The position numbers and the translations under genes are program-made. 64,000 nt of DNA from Flavobacteriales bacterium (GTDB lineage: Bacteria; Bacteroidota; Bacteroidia; Palsa-965), in the NCBI GenBank assembly GCA_040377305.1, contig JBEIPA010000004.1, positions 64,001-128,000 on the forward strand, given 5' to 3'. Below are positions 8,985 to 18,809 of this stretch, one piece after another. The notes under the pieces are model-generated. The model did no database searches, had not been told where the DNA came from, and was given only the letters and a program-made list of their open reading frames with translations. Each line of letters opens with the position of its first letter. Within the stretch, counting starts at the first letter, position 1.

Positions 8985-10751
8985 TCAGACTTTCCATAAG
9001 GACATTATTCTTTCCTTCAATCGCTTGTTTCGAGTCATAAAGTATAACATCAGATCATTGACCACTTCAGGTTCTCCATCATTCACATATTCCTGTATGT
9101 ATCCTCTGCGCATCAGCGCCAGAATCCTTTTAGGCGTTGGCATGCGATCTATCTCAGCGATTATGTCTTTCGGCACAATACAATATGAGCACAAGCTATC
9201 CATGAAAATGCCTTTCAACTCGCGAGGTATTTTCTGCACTTCTGGCTCAAAATCCTGAGGACGCAAAAACTGATACAGGACATACGAGTCTCGCTTCCTC
9301 TGAAAATATAAGTTCTCAAAGTTTTCGCTTTTGATCCTCTGCTTAAATAAGCGAGCCAGAATGTACTTCGAATGGGACGCATTGTAGGGAACATAACTCA
9401 CATCATTCAGGAAATGATTCCTATAATCCTTGATTTCGGCCTCAAACCGTCCAATCAATTCGTCAACAGTGGCCCCTCTTATATCCCTAGTCTTTGTGTA
9501 CAGCCCGTTACGGATGGCACTATGCGTGATCGGCTCATTGAGCAAAAGCCGGTATGCTCCAAATGCATCAATAAATTTCACTACAACATCAATCTTTGCA
9601 ATGATGGTCGCTTCGTCATCCATCTTATGCAACGGAGCCATAATCAGCGGATACGATAGCGAATGGGAAATGCCTTTGTATGACAACAGCCTCAAATTAT
9701 GCTCATCCGGCTTCTCATTATATTCATAGTCGAGAAGTCGCAAGTACACATCGGAATAGAAATTAAAATCTGAATGCACGAAAAAATAGAAGTCTTCCGA
9801 TGCTTGGAGGCCGAGCTGCTTAACGTCATTCTCCTGTACCCATGAATGAAATCGAGTTCCGATTTTCTCAAAGTCCTCATTAACGGCCCCGCGCTCCGAT
9901 GTGCGTATCGTAATCGCATATTTTGCACGAAGCCAAGCCCGAAAGAAATCCTGATCTGCTTCGTTGCTATAGGCTTTCAATGCACCAATCTTGTTTTTCC
10001 AGATGACGTCTAGTGCTTTAATTTTAGTATCATCTCCTGACTTCGAGAGAAGGTAACTCTTCAACATCTCCGTGGGCGTCAACTGCAAGCCCCTATCATT
10101 CATTGTCTCGAAAATCGTATAGGCGCTATCGCTTGTTTGCGTCTTGATCTCAATAAAGACAAGCTTCTCTGTTATCCAAGTAATAAATAGCGGAAGGACT
10201 TCCGGATGCAATAATACGATCGGGAACAACTCCTCAACATCGCCGTATCGCATCATGAGATTCTCACACGACTCATTCCTTAGAACCGACTCAGAGAAAG
10301 GAACGCCCCTAAACAGAAAATTGAGCACATCAACCCTCTCTGGGATATTAAAGTTGTAGGATTCGACGCCGAAGTAATCCGAGTAGATATAGTTGAGCAA
10401 CTTATCCTTGGTGTCACTTACCTCGTTCAACTTACGATTGAGGAATATCATCAAAAGCGTAAACGACGTCAAGCGCTGCTGCCCATCTACGATGCTGATT
10501 TCGACTTTATCGAAGAACAGTACGATAGGGCCCATGAAATACTTGGAATACGTCGCGACATCCGCTTGCGAATGACCCGGGCTCCAATTTGACATGAAAC
10601 TGCGCTCGAGGTCGACAATCAGGTTCTCTATATTGTCCCGTGTCCATTTGTACTCCCGTTGGAAATATCCGACCTTATAGTGCTTGTCCTTTAGCACTTC
10701 CTTCAAGGATCTACTATGAGCCTCGATGTTATTTGCGGCATGGTCTGTCAT
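8985..10751 (-). CDS. DUF262 (GmrSD-like) protein with an apparently degenerate C-terminal HNH/DUF1524 region
   Basis: FQREYKW, IVDGQQRLT, IFETMNDRGLQL motifs. Confidence 0.88.
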   Translation of the reverse strand: MTDHAANNIEAHSRSLKEVLKDKHYKVGYFQREYKWTRDNIENLIVDLERSFMSNWSPGHSQADVATYSKYFMGPIVLFFDKVEISIVDGQQRLTSFTLLMIFLNRKLNEVSDTKDKLLNYIYSDYFGVESYNFNIPERVDVLNFLFRGVPFSESVLRNESCENLMMRYGDVEELFPIVLLHPEVLPLFITWITEKLVFIEIKTQTSDSAYTIFETMNDRGLQLTPTEMLKSYLLSKSGDDTKIKALDVIWKNKIGALKAYSNEADQDFFRAWLRAKYAITIRTSERGAVNEDFEKIGTRFHSWVQENDVKQLGLQASEDFYFFVHSDFNFYSDVYLRLLDYEYNEKPDEHNLRLLSYKGISHSLSYPLIMAPLHKMDDEATIIAKIDVVVKFIDAFGAYRLLLNEPITHSAIRNGLYTKTRDIRGATVDELIGRFEAEIKDYRNHFLNDVSYVPYNASHSKYILARLFKQRIKSENFENLYFQRKRDSYVLYQFLRPQDFEPEVQKIPRELKGIFMDSLCSYCIVPKDIIAEIDRMPTPKRILALMRRGYIQEYVNDGEPEVVNDLMLYFMTRNKRLKERIMSLWKV

Positions 10752-10754
10752 TGT

Positions 10755-11552
10755 CTATTGTAATCCTTTAACTATGTAACGTAACATGAAATATGCGTGC
10801 TCGTACGCCCCCATATACGGAGGCGTTGGCTCAACCTCACCGTGAAATAACATGCATCGCAGCGTATAAAGCATTTTTATACATGCCTTCGCGACAGTAG
10901 TTGGGTCATTAATAAAACGAACAGAGTCGGTTGGGTCCAATACAATGTAGTCGCCTTTAGTCTTCGACGATGCAACCAGATCAATCGCTTTGTGCGGATC
11001 GATCGCCTCAAAACAATTCAGTATTTTCTCCTGTATTTTTCGGTCTGTAATCTTAATAAAGTCCACATCTCGCTTTAGATCTTCAATATCATAGGGTGAT
11101 TTTCGGAAATCGACAAAAGTCTTGTTGTTCTTATCGACAGCGACCATTTCAAAATATGACTGCTTGTTTTCCGCTTTGAAAGCATTGCCTTCTTTATCCG
11201 TCGCGTTGGCAAACTTCTTGGGATTCTCGCTGAGATAAATACGCTTGAATGTTTGTCGCACACCGCAGTGATGAAACGGCCTCGTCTCTAAAAATATGTG
11301 GAGTTGCGCAAGCCGATGCCGAAACTCCTTGGCCTCATAGCTGTCGGAGCGAAGCAACGATTCAAAAATCATTCGCGGTTTACTGCTGGTACTGTCTTGC
11401 AGTTCTTTAATAAGCTTGCTGTCATTTCTATTATGCTGTGGCATCTCAGCAACGTACCACGCGTTGAAAGGAATCCACGCGCGGATGAAAATCATGAAGT
11501 AGTCCGGCTCCGATTGGCGAATCCAGTGATCAATGTTGCCGCGAAAGGTCAT
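10755..11552 (-). CDS. Putative HEPN-family RNase (Apea-like)
   Basis: FIRAWIPFNAWY N-terminal helix and Rx4H motif LYTLRCMLFHG; 3 bp before the DUF262 gene. Confidence 0.7.
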   Translation of the reverse strand: MTFRGNIDHWIRQSEPDYFMIFIRAWIPFNAWYVAEMPQHNRNDSKLIKELQDSTSSKPRMIFESLLRSDSYEAKEFRHRLAQLHIFLETRPFHHCGVRQTFKRIYLSENPKKFANATDKEGNAFKAENKQSYFEMVAVDKNNKTFVDFRKSPYDIEDLKRDVDFIKITDRKIQEKILNCFEAIDPHKAIDLVASSKTKGDYIVLDPTDSVRFINDPTTVAKACIKMLYTLRCMLFHGEVEPTPPYMGAYEHAYFMLRYIVKGLQ

Positions 11553-11775
11553 AGGAAATTGTATCTACGTGATGATTGAGGGAGTGTAAGCAACACACAT
11601 AAATACGTCTTTTTACTTAATGTTTTTGCAGCGGGACGTAAAAACTGACAAGAAATTCAGCTTTTTTACCATCCAAATCTCGGTATCATCAAGGTTTTAT
11701 TCACAGATCTAATATTTCAGTAAAAGAAATGCACCGATCCCATATCTTCGTTAGTAACGCTGAATAACTAAAACT

Positions 11776-12828
11776 ATGCTGGATTTTTCTCGGGCACAAC
11801 TCGCCGCCGTTGTATTTCACAAAATAGGTACGAAAGCCAAAGGGGACGAAAGTTTTTTTTCCAAGGAACTGTTCACGCCGAGCGAAGACCTGACCCAATC
11901 CTTGCTTGAATATTTCCTACTGCCATTCAGGAGCATTAATGACCAATACAAGTTTCATCACTCCTCAAGTCTCGACTATAATGAAGTATATAATTACGCG
12001 AGAAAATCCTTTGAACGCAGTAATACGTTTCTGAACAGATCCGTTGATATCGCAAAGCACCTCTATGATCAGTCGGAACATCCAGGGATTAAAAGCGGTG
12101 AACTTGCAATTGTTTTGTTTACGAATGTAATCTACGAAACGCAAGAAATGGATGCGATAGGCATTTATAAATCAGAGCGAAAGGATACATTTTTCCAATT
12201 CAAGAAGGGTGAGGAGAAACTGACAGTAAGTACCAGCCAAGGAGTCAATGCAAAAAAACTTGATAAGGCGGCGCTGATAGTGAACGCTGATTTGGACGAC
12301 GGATTAAGAGTGTTCTGCATCGACAACAATAATTATGATACCGAATATTGGAAAGATAAGTTTCTCAATATCACGGATGCAAGGGATGCCAACTATCAGA
12401 CGAAGAATTACATCGGCCTGTGTAAGAGTTTTTCTGCCGAAGTTATCGAACCATCATTGGGAAGGAGAGAAGGAATTGCATTTCTCAATCACTCGCTGAA
12501 GTACATGCAGGACAATGAATCACTAGAGCTCGATGACTTTGCCAATACCGTCTTACGCGACCAGGGTTTGGAAAAGGACTTCAAGAAGTACAAACGAACA
12601 TTCGAGAAAGAGAACGATGTCGCGATCGAAGAAGATTTTGAGATATCCAAGCCAACCCTCCGCCAACAAAAGAAAAAAATCAAAAGTGAGATAACACTGG
12701 ACACTCAAATTCAAATAAAATTGGGGCCTACTGCAACTGAAAATGGAGAGGAGTTTATAGAGCGGGGCTACGATGAGAAGCGAAAAATGTTCTTCTATAA
12801 AGTGTTCTTCAATAACGAAACAGACTAA
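11776..12828 (+). CDS. Nucleoid-associated protein (NA37/YejK family, Bacteroidetes type)
   Basis: VFHKIG, LYDQSEHPGIKSGEL, AIGIYKSE, KLDKAALI, YWKDKFL, IERGYDEKRKMFFYKVFF. Confidence 0.85.
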   Translation: MLDFSRAQLAAVVFHKIGTKAKGDESFFSKELFTPSEDLTQSLLEYFLLPFRSINDQYKFHHSSSLDYNEVYNYARKSFERSNTFLNRSVDIAKHLYDQSEHPGIKSGELAIVLFTNVIYETQEMDAIGIYKSERKDTFFQFKKGEEKLTVSTSQGVNAKKLDKAALIVNADLDDGLRVFCIDNNNYDTEYWKDKFLNITDARDANYQTKNYIGLCKSFSAEVIEPSLGRREGIAFLNHSLKYMQDNESLELDDFANTVLRDQGLEKDFKKYKRTFEKENDVAIEEDFEISKPTLRQQKKKIKSEITLDTQIQIKLGPTATENGEEFIERGYDEKRKMFFYKVFFNNETD

Positions 12829-12848
12829 CCAACCCAACCCCTATACAT

Positions 12849-13718
12849 ATGGCTACCAAGCACAGGACAATCAATTTTTATACGCTGATTAAAACAGAAC
12901 ACGACTCTAAGGAAGAATCTCCAGCGGCGTACATTCGTGATGTAATTAATTACATTCAAACGTTAGACAATGAGCAGCGTTGTGTTGACCTGACACGTCA
13001 AAAATTCTGCTACCTGCATCGAATTACAAAGACAGGGAATGATAAGCATACATTGATCTTTAAATCAGCAAAAAGCGAATATCGCCCACCCCTCATGAAC
13101 AGAAAAACTGTCGAGCGCGAGAATCCTAAGCGCATGGATGAAGGGGATGGAGAAAAGACCCATCTCATTATCAAATACACAAAAAACGACGTGTTCGTTG
13201 TATTGGAGAAAAATGGAAATGGCGTACAAATCAACGCCATTGTCAAATACCTAAAAAGGTATACAAGGGCATACCTAAAGGCACAAAAACTAAAGTTGAC
13301 ATTTTCGATGGACGCGTATGCGATGGCAAAGGAGAATTTTCTTGTTGAAGTGAAAAAATTGAAGCGTGTATCTATTGGTGAGGTATATGTGGAAAAATCC
13401 ATCCTTGGATCTGATGCGCTTAACTTTTCAAACCGCACGCAATCAATAAAGCACGATATCATTCTTAAGATGAGCGCAGAGCGCGACAACTCCATTCTCG
13501 GTCCGATTGAAGATATGTTCAATAAAATGGGCAGCAAGGGGTCAAGAATTACTAAAATTCGCGTTACGGGAAAGACCAAGACCGGAAATGAAATAGTACT
13601 GGACACGAAGTTCATTGAAAAAATGGAAGGTGTTGAATCGGAATTAAATGCGCTCACCGGCGAAGTGAATACTCCAGTAATGCTGGAAGCGCTCAGGGAG
13701 ATTGCTAATCCGCTCTAG
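12849..13718 (+). CDS. Hypothetical basic protein (DUF4747/DUF6731-like, tentative)
   Basis: 289-aa Lys-rich ORF in operon; family assignment from general resemblance only. Confidence 0.6.
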   Translation: MATKHRTINFYTLIKTEHDSKEESPAAYIRDVINYIQTLDNEQRCVDLTRQKFCYLHRITKTGNDKHTLIFKSAKSEYRPPLMNRKTVERENPKRMDEGDGEKTHLIIKYTKNDVFVVLEKNGNGVQINAIVKYLKRYTRAYLKAQKLKLTFSMDAYAMAKENFLVEVKKLKRVSIGEVYVEKSILGSDALNFSNRTQSIKHDIILKMSAERDNSILGPIEDMFNKMGSKGSRITKIRVTGKTKTGNEIVLDTKFIEKMEGVESELNALTGEVNTPVMLEALREIANPL

Positions 13719-13719
13719 C

Positions 13720-14247
13720 ATGTATGCGGAGTTTATTTTGATCCTATTTGATTACTTCAGGACACTGAAGTTCAGAAACTTTGTGTTCGAGATTGTCATC
13801 CCGCTGATCGGTGCAATTTTAATCTTCCTGCTGGGTCGACAATATTTGTATGTCGACCTTCGACAGCTGACTAAGGATTTCGGAGATACGACTATCACAC
13901 TTCTCGGTGTTTTGATCGGATTCTCGATAACCGTCATCACGATCATGCACACGAGTGGTAATAAGAATATCGAACAGATCAAGAAAAAAAATACGGACTT
14001 TAAAATTGGCAGCAATACCGTGACTCTGTTTCAGCTTGTGCTGATCAATCATACGTACTCGGTAATACTTGAAGTACTCTGTTTGATAGCCAACCTAATA
14101 CTATTCTTAGTGTGGGCAAAAGTACCAGGGCCTCACTTGAAATATTGGCTGAGTATCAATCTATTTTTTGTCCTGCACATTCTACTGCTTAATGTCCGAA
14201 ATATGGCGGACTTCTACTGGATCATGTTTCGCAAGGAATCAAATTAA
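13720..14247 (+). CDS. Multi-pass (about 4 TM) membrane protein
   Basis: Four hydrophobic segments, LLGVLIGFSITVITI motif; ATG 1 bp after the previous stop. Confidence 0.8.
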   Translation: MYAEFILILFDYFRTLKFRNFVFEIVIPLIGAILIFLLGRQYLYVDLRQLTKDFGDTTITLLGVLIGFSITVITIMHTSGNKNIEQIKKKNTDFKIGSNTVTLFQLVLINHTYSVILEVLCLIANLILFLVWAKVPGPHLKYWLSINLFFVLHILLLNVRNMADFYWIMFRKESN

Positions 14248-14279
14248 ATCCTTAATTGCCACTCAGAATCGCACTTGCT

Positions 14280-15353
14280 ATGGAAATTACCATTGATGTA
14301 TTTAATGTCGGCGATGGCGATGCCATTCTCGTGCACCTAAGTAAGAACGGCGATCATCTCGTCATGGTTATTGATGCTGGCGATCCAAAGCGCTATGCAG
14401 AAAAGATGCGTGCGCCTCTACAAGAGCTTTTGCGAGAGACGAAGAAGAAGGCCCCTGATGTCGTTGTTTGCTCTCACTATGATCTCGATCACCTAGGCGG
14501 TCTAGTACAACTGGTAGAGGAGTATGGGTCGAGTATCGGGGAAATATGGATGCATAAGGCCCCAGTCGTGTTCGACAATAAGCAGTTCTGGAAGGATGAC
14601 GTATTGAATGAAATGCTTCTGACACTTGATAAGCCGTACGACTTGGTGCTAGAAAAGGAAATAGCTAAGCTTGCACCTCAACTGCCCACTGCGCTTGTTC
14701 TTGAGCAAGCACGAAAAGCGCGCGAGTTTAGTGATACGCTCAAACGCTTTTTGCGTATCGTTCCGCACAATAAAATACGACCGATATTTCATGGCACCTC
14801 ATTGCTGAAAGAATGGCCCGAAGTAAAAATCCTTGGCCCAACCAAGAAATACTTCGATGAGCTTTTCCCTCCTGGAGAAAAAATGGAGCAGTTCATCGCC
14901 TTAGAAGCTATCGCTACCTACGAGGGAACTGCGCTACGATTGCTTACGCAAGAACATGTTGAAAAGATGGTCAAGGTATTTCACGACCGTCCATGCGACA
15001 TTTTAAAAATCAAAAGTCCTAGCAGCCTCACCAGAACCAATAAGGCTAGTATTATCCTTGCGATAGATGTAGCGGAAAATAAACGGTGCCTTTTTACTGG
15101 TGATGCAGGCATCTGCTCCTTCGAAGAAATACCAAATTATGAAAAAGAACTCAAGGACTTATACTGGTTGAAAATACCGCACCATGGCAGTAACAACAAT
15201 ATGTCAAAGCGTCTAGCTGAAATTATGCGTCCAGTATATGCGGATTGCACTGGAAGGGCACATCAAGACGATGAAGTGCTAGAGTGCCTGCGAATGAAAA
15301 AAACGAAAGTGAGAAGCACGAAGGACGGATACGCTCTCAGATTCCCGTATTGA
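14280..15353 (+). CDS. MBL-fold metallo-hydrolase (ComEC/Rec2-like)
   Basis: FNVGDGDA, VIDAG, SHYDLDHLGG, FTGDAG, LKIPHHGS. Confidence 0.9.
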   Translation: MEITIDVFNVGDGDAILVHLSKNGDHLVMVIDAGDPKRYAEKMRAPLQELLRETKKKAPDVVVCSHYDLDHLGGLVQLVEEYGSSIGEIWMHKAPVVFDNKQFWKDDVLNEMLLTLDKPYDLVLEKEIAKLAPQLPTALVLEQARKAREFSDTLKRFLRIVPHNKIRPIFHGTSLLKEWPEVKILGPTKKYFDELFPPGEKMEQFIALEAIATYEGTALRLLTQEHVEKMVKVFHDRPCDILKIKSPSSLTRTNKASIILAIDVAENKRCLFTGDAGICSFEEIPNYEKELKDLYWLKIPHHGSNNNMSKRLAEIMRPVYADCTGRAHQDDEVLECLRMKKTKVRSTKDGYALRFPY

Positions 15354-15357
15354 CTCA

Positions 15358-15963
15358 CTAGACGTTTGCAAAGAACATCGTTGCAAACCCACAGAAGTCT
15401 ACGATGACCTGTCTGTGCTCATAGAACTCTTTTCTCGATCCTAAATAATTATTGGTCTGCGGAAGTATTTGCTCTCCAGACTTCAATTCTCGTGCCGTCA
15501 GGCATTTTATATGCCGGCGTGATACGACAATAATGTACGCATCGTCATACGGATAATCGGTCCCCAAGTCTTCGTAGGAAAAAGCGCCCTCCGCACGAAA
15601 CTTCACCTCCACGAATAACAACTGATCATTGCGTTGATCACGGATAGCGAGATCCGGCATCTTTCGTATGTGTCGGGCGATATGTCCTCGGTCGCGTGCC
15701 AGGTACTGCATCACCTCGGGAAACGAATTCTCCATCCCGCATCGATACACGGAATATCCTAAACGCAAAAACATTTCCTCCACCAACGTTTCGGCGATGC
15801 GACCTTTAATCATGCTGAAACTCCGGGTGTACTCATAACTGGAAAGTCCCTCGTTTGCATAGAGTAGTCGCAATCCTTCATCTTCACCGCAGGCCACGCA
15901 ATATGGCTTTCCATATGCACTAGGATAGTCACCGCAGGCAATGCACCATTTTGAGCCACTCAT
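15358..15963 (-). CDS. PD-(D/E)xK nuclease-fold protein with N-terminal Zn finger
   Basis: CIAC..CVAC; KGRIAE, MPDL, FVEVKFR. Confidence 0.75.
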   Translation of the reverse strand: MSGSKWCIACGDYPSAYGKPYCVACGEDEGLRLLYANEGLSSYEYTRSFSMIKGRIAETLVEEMFLRLGYSVYRCGMENSFPEVMQYLARDRGHIARHIRKMPDLAIRDQRNDQLLFVEVKFRAEGAFSYEDLGTDYPYDDAYIIVVSRRHIKCLTARELKSGEQILPQTNNYLGSRKEFYEHRQVIVDFCGFATMFFANV

Positions 15964-16013
15964 TTAGTCAGGTTTTGACAAAGCTACTGCGTTTCCAACG
16001 TAATTCTGATACG

Positions 16014-16043
16014 TAGCCGTTTACAAACGTTTGTAAACGGCTA
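16014..16043. repeat. Perfect 30-bp palindrome between divergent genes
   Basis: TAGCCGTTTACAAAC|GTTTGTAAACGGCTA. Confidence 0.9.
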
Positions 16044-16096
16044 TGCTGGGGAAAAAGAACTATTTTCCACCACCACCAACAACAAGACAAAGACCC

Positions 16097-17560
16097 ATGA
16101 AAAATATTATTCTCACAGCTGCTTTCGTAGCCATGATTGTATTCACTCCATTCGACCTCGGCGCACGGGAACCTGACACCGCAAGAAAAATTGAAATCAA
16201 TTTTGGTAAAAAAACAGTTGAGTATAAGACGTTGCAGGAAATCAAAAAAGGGGACTCCTATAGGGTGATAATCTCAGACATTAACTTGTACATGTATAAC
16301 ATATCGATCTATGCAAAAGACACTACGACAAGTCCTGCTCTTACATTTCCAACGTTTTCCACTTTTAATCTCGACGTAATTAATAAGGCCATTGAATCTT
16401 TATTACCATTTGGAAGTGTAGTGAGTAGAGCTGTAACAATTGCAGCTAACAATGAACTGGAACAAACGCAAAGCTTCCAATGGATGAACGAACCATCAAT
16501 ACTGGCTGCTTTGTACGTAGATTCAAGCATCCACAGTTTTGAAAAAGATTACGTCATTTTTCGCGAGAAACTCGACCTCCTCAGGGACACGCTCGGAATG
16601 ATCAAAAACGATTTCGATAACATTGTCTGGGGTGTACAGCAGGCCGTTATTTCTGCTCAGCTACTTGCTAACTCTACTGCGCCAAATACAAGCCCTATCC
16701 AAGTAATGAGTGATCTAACAAAGATTCGCGTGCGGATATTGCACCTTGAGAACTCCTGGAAAGCAAGCAACGCGGCGGCAACCACTCAGTTGAAAGCGCT
16801 CAAAGAGCAGTATGGAAAAATGAACGTGCCGGATAAGGCAAAGTACAAAACGCTTCTTGAGGAGTTTGAGAAGCTAGTAAATGCCTACACTGCCTTCAAT
16901 ACTAATCTGGGAGAAGCCAAAGTAAGCGCCGATGCCAAGAATTGTAGCCTGATCGTGGCTCCACTGATATCAATTGCTAATAACAGTGCTCGCACGTATA
17001 CTTCTTTCCCCATCACCTATCATGGAGATAATGGTATAATTAAAATAGTTATAACACCTGCCGTAAAAGATGTGACGTTGCCTTCGTGGAGAATAGAGAT
17101 TCGCTTTCCAGAGTATCCGCAAACATATGCAGGAGTGAGTTCGGGGATATTCGTCAGCACCCTCTTTGATGATGCGTATTCTGTTAAAAGCTTAACAGAT
17201 ACAACATTTGAATTACGTCCCGAACAGAAAAGTAGGTGTGAGTTAGGAGTAAACTCATTAATGGTATTTGGCTGGCACCCCTTATGTATGAAAAATACAC
17301 CAACATACTTTCATGGTGCTCTAGGCTTAGGATTAGCTATTTCAAATAAGGTCAGTCCAAGGTTCATGTTAGGTGTCGGAATTTCGCACGGCGATCGTCA
17401 CAAATTCGTGCTCACTGGTGGAATCTTAGGCGGATATGTTTCCAGGCTGAGCAAAGTTTATTTTACTAATGACACGTATAGTTCCAAGCCTGAAAATTTC
17501 ATGGTTTCAAAGTTAGAAGGTGGGTTCTTTGCGTCAGTCGGCTACGCCTTTGCTTTTTGA
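16097..17560 (+). CDS. Exported protein: signal peptide, coiled-coil middle, probable C-terminal beta-barrel
   Basis: MKNIILTAAFVAM signal; ends GFFASVGYAFAF (Bam-type terminal aromatic). Confidence 0.75.
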   Translation: MKNIILTAAFVAMIVFTPFDLGAREPDTARKIEINFGKKTVEYKTLQEIKKGDSYRVIISDINLYMYNISIYAKDTTTSPALTFPTFSTFNLDVINKAIESLLPFGSVVSRAVTIAANNELEQTQSFQWMNEPSILAALYVDSSIHSFEKDYVIFREKLDLLRDTLGMIKNDFDNIVWGVQQAVISAQLLANSTAPNTSPIQVMSDLTKIRVRILHLENSWKASNAAATTQLKALKEQYGKMNVPDKAKYKTLLEEFEKLVNAYTAFNTNLGEAKVSADAKNCSLIVAPLISIANNSARTYTSFPITYHGDNGIIKIVITPAVKDVTLPSWRIEIRFPEYPQTYAGVSSGIFVSTLFDDAYSVKSLTDTTFELRPEQKSRCELGVNSLMVFGWHPLCMKNTPTYFHGALGLGLAISNKVSPRFMLGVGISHGDRHKFVLTGGILGGYVSRLSKVYFTNDTYSSKPENFMVSKLEGGFFASVGYAFAF

Positions 17561-17737
17561 TCGCAACTCGCTGGCGTTTATTGCCATCTATTTCGAAAGA
17601 AATAAAGTGAGAGGTATATTATGCGAAACCAGTGCATCGCCGATGGGAATAACTTCTGGAAAACTACCCGTTTGCAAACGGGTAGCAATCGGAGCTGAAA
17701 ATATATTAGAGTCGTTAAAACTAGGCCCCCTCTAGAG

Positions 17738-17772
17738 AAAGCGCCGCACTTCCATATGGAATGCGGCGCTTC
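17738..17772. terminator. Intrinsic terminator between convergent genes
   Basis: AAGCGCCGCA-CTTCCATATGGAA-TGCGGCGCTT. Confidence 0.7.
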
Positions 17773-17791
17773 GATTTATACAAGCTGTCCG

Positions 17792-18286
17792 CTATAACAG
17801 CCCTTCTTCTGCGAACGAGAAATATGTGCGTCCATTCGTTGGATCACCTGTGGGATCTGCACTTAGTATGATGTGATCGAGCAATGATAGTTCAAGTATT
17901 GCTGCGCCTTCACCGATGCGCTTGGTGAGCTGAATATCTGCGCGGCTTGGCTGCACTGCCCCAGAAGGATGATTATGACAAAGTATGAAAGCTCCGGCAC
18001 CAGCTGCGAGTGCAGTCATGAAAATTATCTTAGGATCAACTACGGTTGTATGCATTCCTCCAATGGAAATAACACTGCGCGCGATGACGCGATTGGCACG
18101 ATTGAGTAGCAGCATTATGAAATACTCCCGTAATGCAATTTGACCTTCAGGTATTAGGGACCTGCATAATGGTTCTGCATCTCTACTCTGAATAATCTTT
18201 GATGCGTTACTCAGGAATACGGTGGGCTTGTATACAAGTTCAATGTCTGTTACGAATTGTCCGGCAAATGCTTTCTGCGTTCTCAT
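17792..18286 (-). CDS. radC: RadC-like JAB-domain protein (mobile-element type)
   Basis: REYFIMLLLNRANRV, TVVDPKIIF, LCHNHPSG..PSRAD, LLDHIIL, YFSFAEEGLL. Confidence 0.92.
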   Translation of the reverse strand: MRTQKAFAGQFVTDIELVYKPTVFLSNASKIIQSRDAEPLCRSLIPEGQIALREYFIMLLLNRANRVIARSVISIGGMHTTVVDPKIIFMTALAAGAGAFILCHNHPSGAVQPSRADIQLTKRIGEGAAILELSLLDHIILSADPTGDPTNGRTYFSFAEEGLL

Positions 18287-18312
18287 GTTGTCTCTTTTTA
18301 GTTCACACGTCG

Positions 18313-18492
18313 GGTGATCTGTTTTCTTATGCACCTTTTTGTGAGCCGCGACGTCAATGAAACAAGGACGCGCGCAAGAAATTTTCATTCCATCTTTTCA
18401 AAACAAGAATGAAAAATTGTTGCAGCGCGATTCATCCTGCCTTGTTTCATTGACGGCGTGGCGGATACCTTTGCATAAGGAAACAAATCACC
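18313..18492. promoter_or_regulatory. ~180-nt imperfect hairpin, candidate Frpo-like ssDNA promoter for radC
   Basis: CGTCAATGAAACAAGG/CCTTGTTTCATTGACG and two further stems; TACCTTTG (-7) at 18466-18473 and TTG at 18442. Confidence 0.6.
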
Positions 18493-18554
18493 GAAACCGA
18501 TGTTGTGACCAGGACCAGCGAGAAAGCAGCAGAAGGATTATCTTTATAGGTACA

Positions 18555-18737
18555 ATGGAGACGAAACAATTTCCGGAATGCCCGCAATGCGGACGCACGC
18601 TATACGATCTAACGGTCGCGCATGAGCAGACTGGTTACATTTGTGATTGTCACAATTTGTTATTCCCGTCGGATTTCAAGATGTGTGAAAAGGGATTTGA
18701 TGAATCTGTGGAGTGGTCAGAGTTTTCCAAGAATTGA
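18555..18737 (+). CDS. Small Zn-ribbon protein
   Basis: CPQC..CDCH in 60 aa from ATG 18555. Confidence 0.45.
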   Translation: METKQFPECPQCGRTLYDLTVAHEQTGYICDCHNLLFPSDFKMCEKGFDESVEWSEFSKN

Positions 18738-18809
18738 TTTTGAGAAGTGTCTGAATCCGCTGATTTCAACTTGACTGATGTCATGGACCTATACACACGA
18801 CCAAAACTC

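Noticed and set aside
13010-13657. Long antisense ORFs (also 51181-51897, 38434-39021)
   Set aside because: Shadow frames of well-supported genes on the opposite strand
15952-15959. TGAGCCAC matching the tRNA-Thr 3' end (30688-30695) as a possible att site
   Set aside because: Only 8 bp and inside a coding sequence; expected by chance
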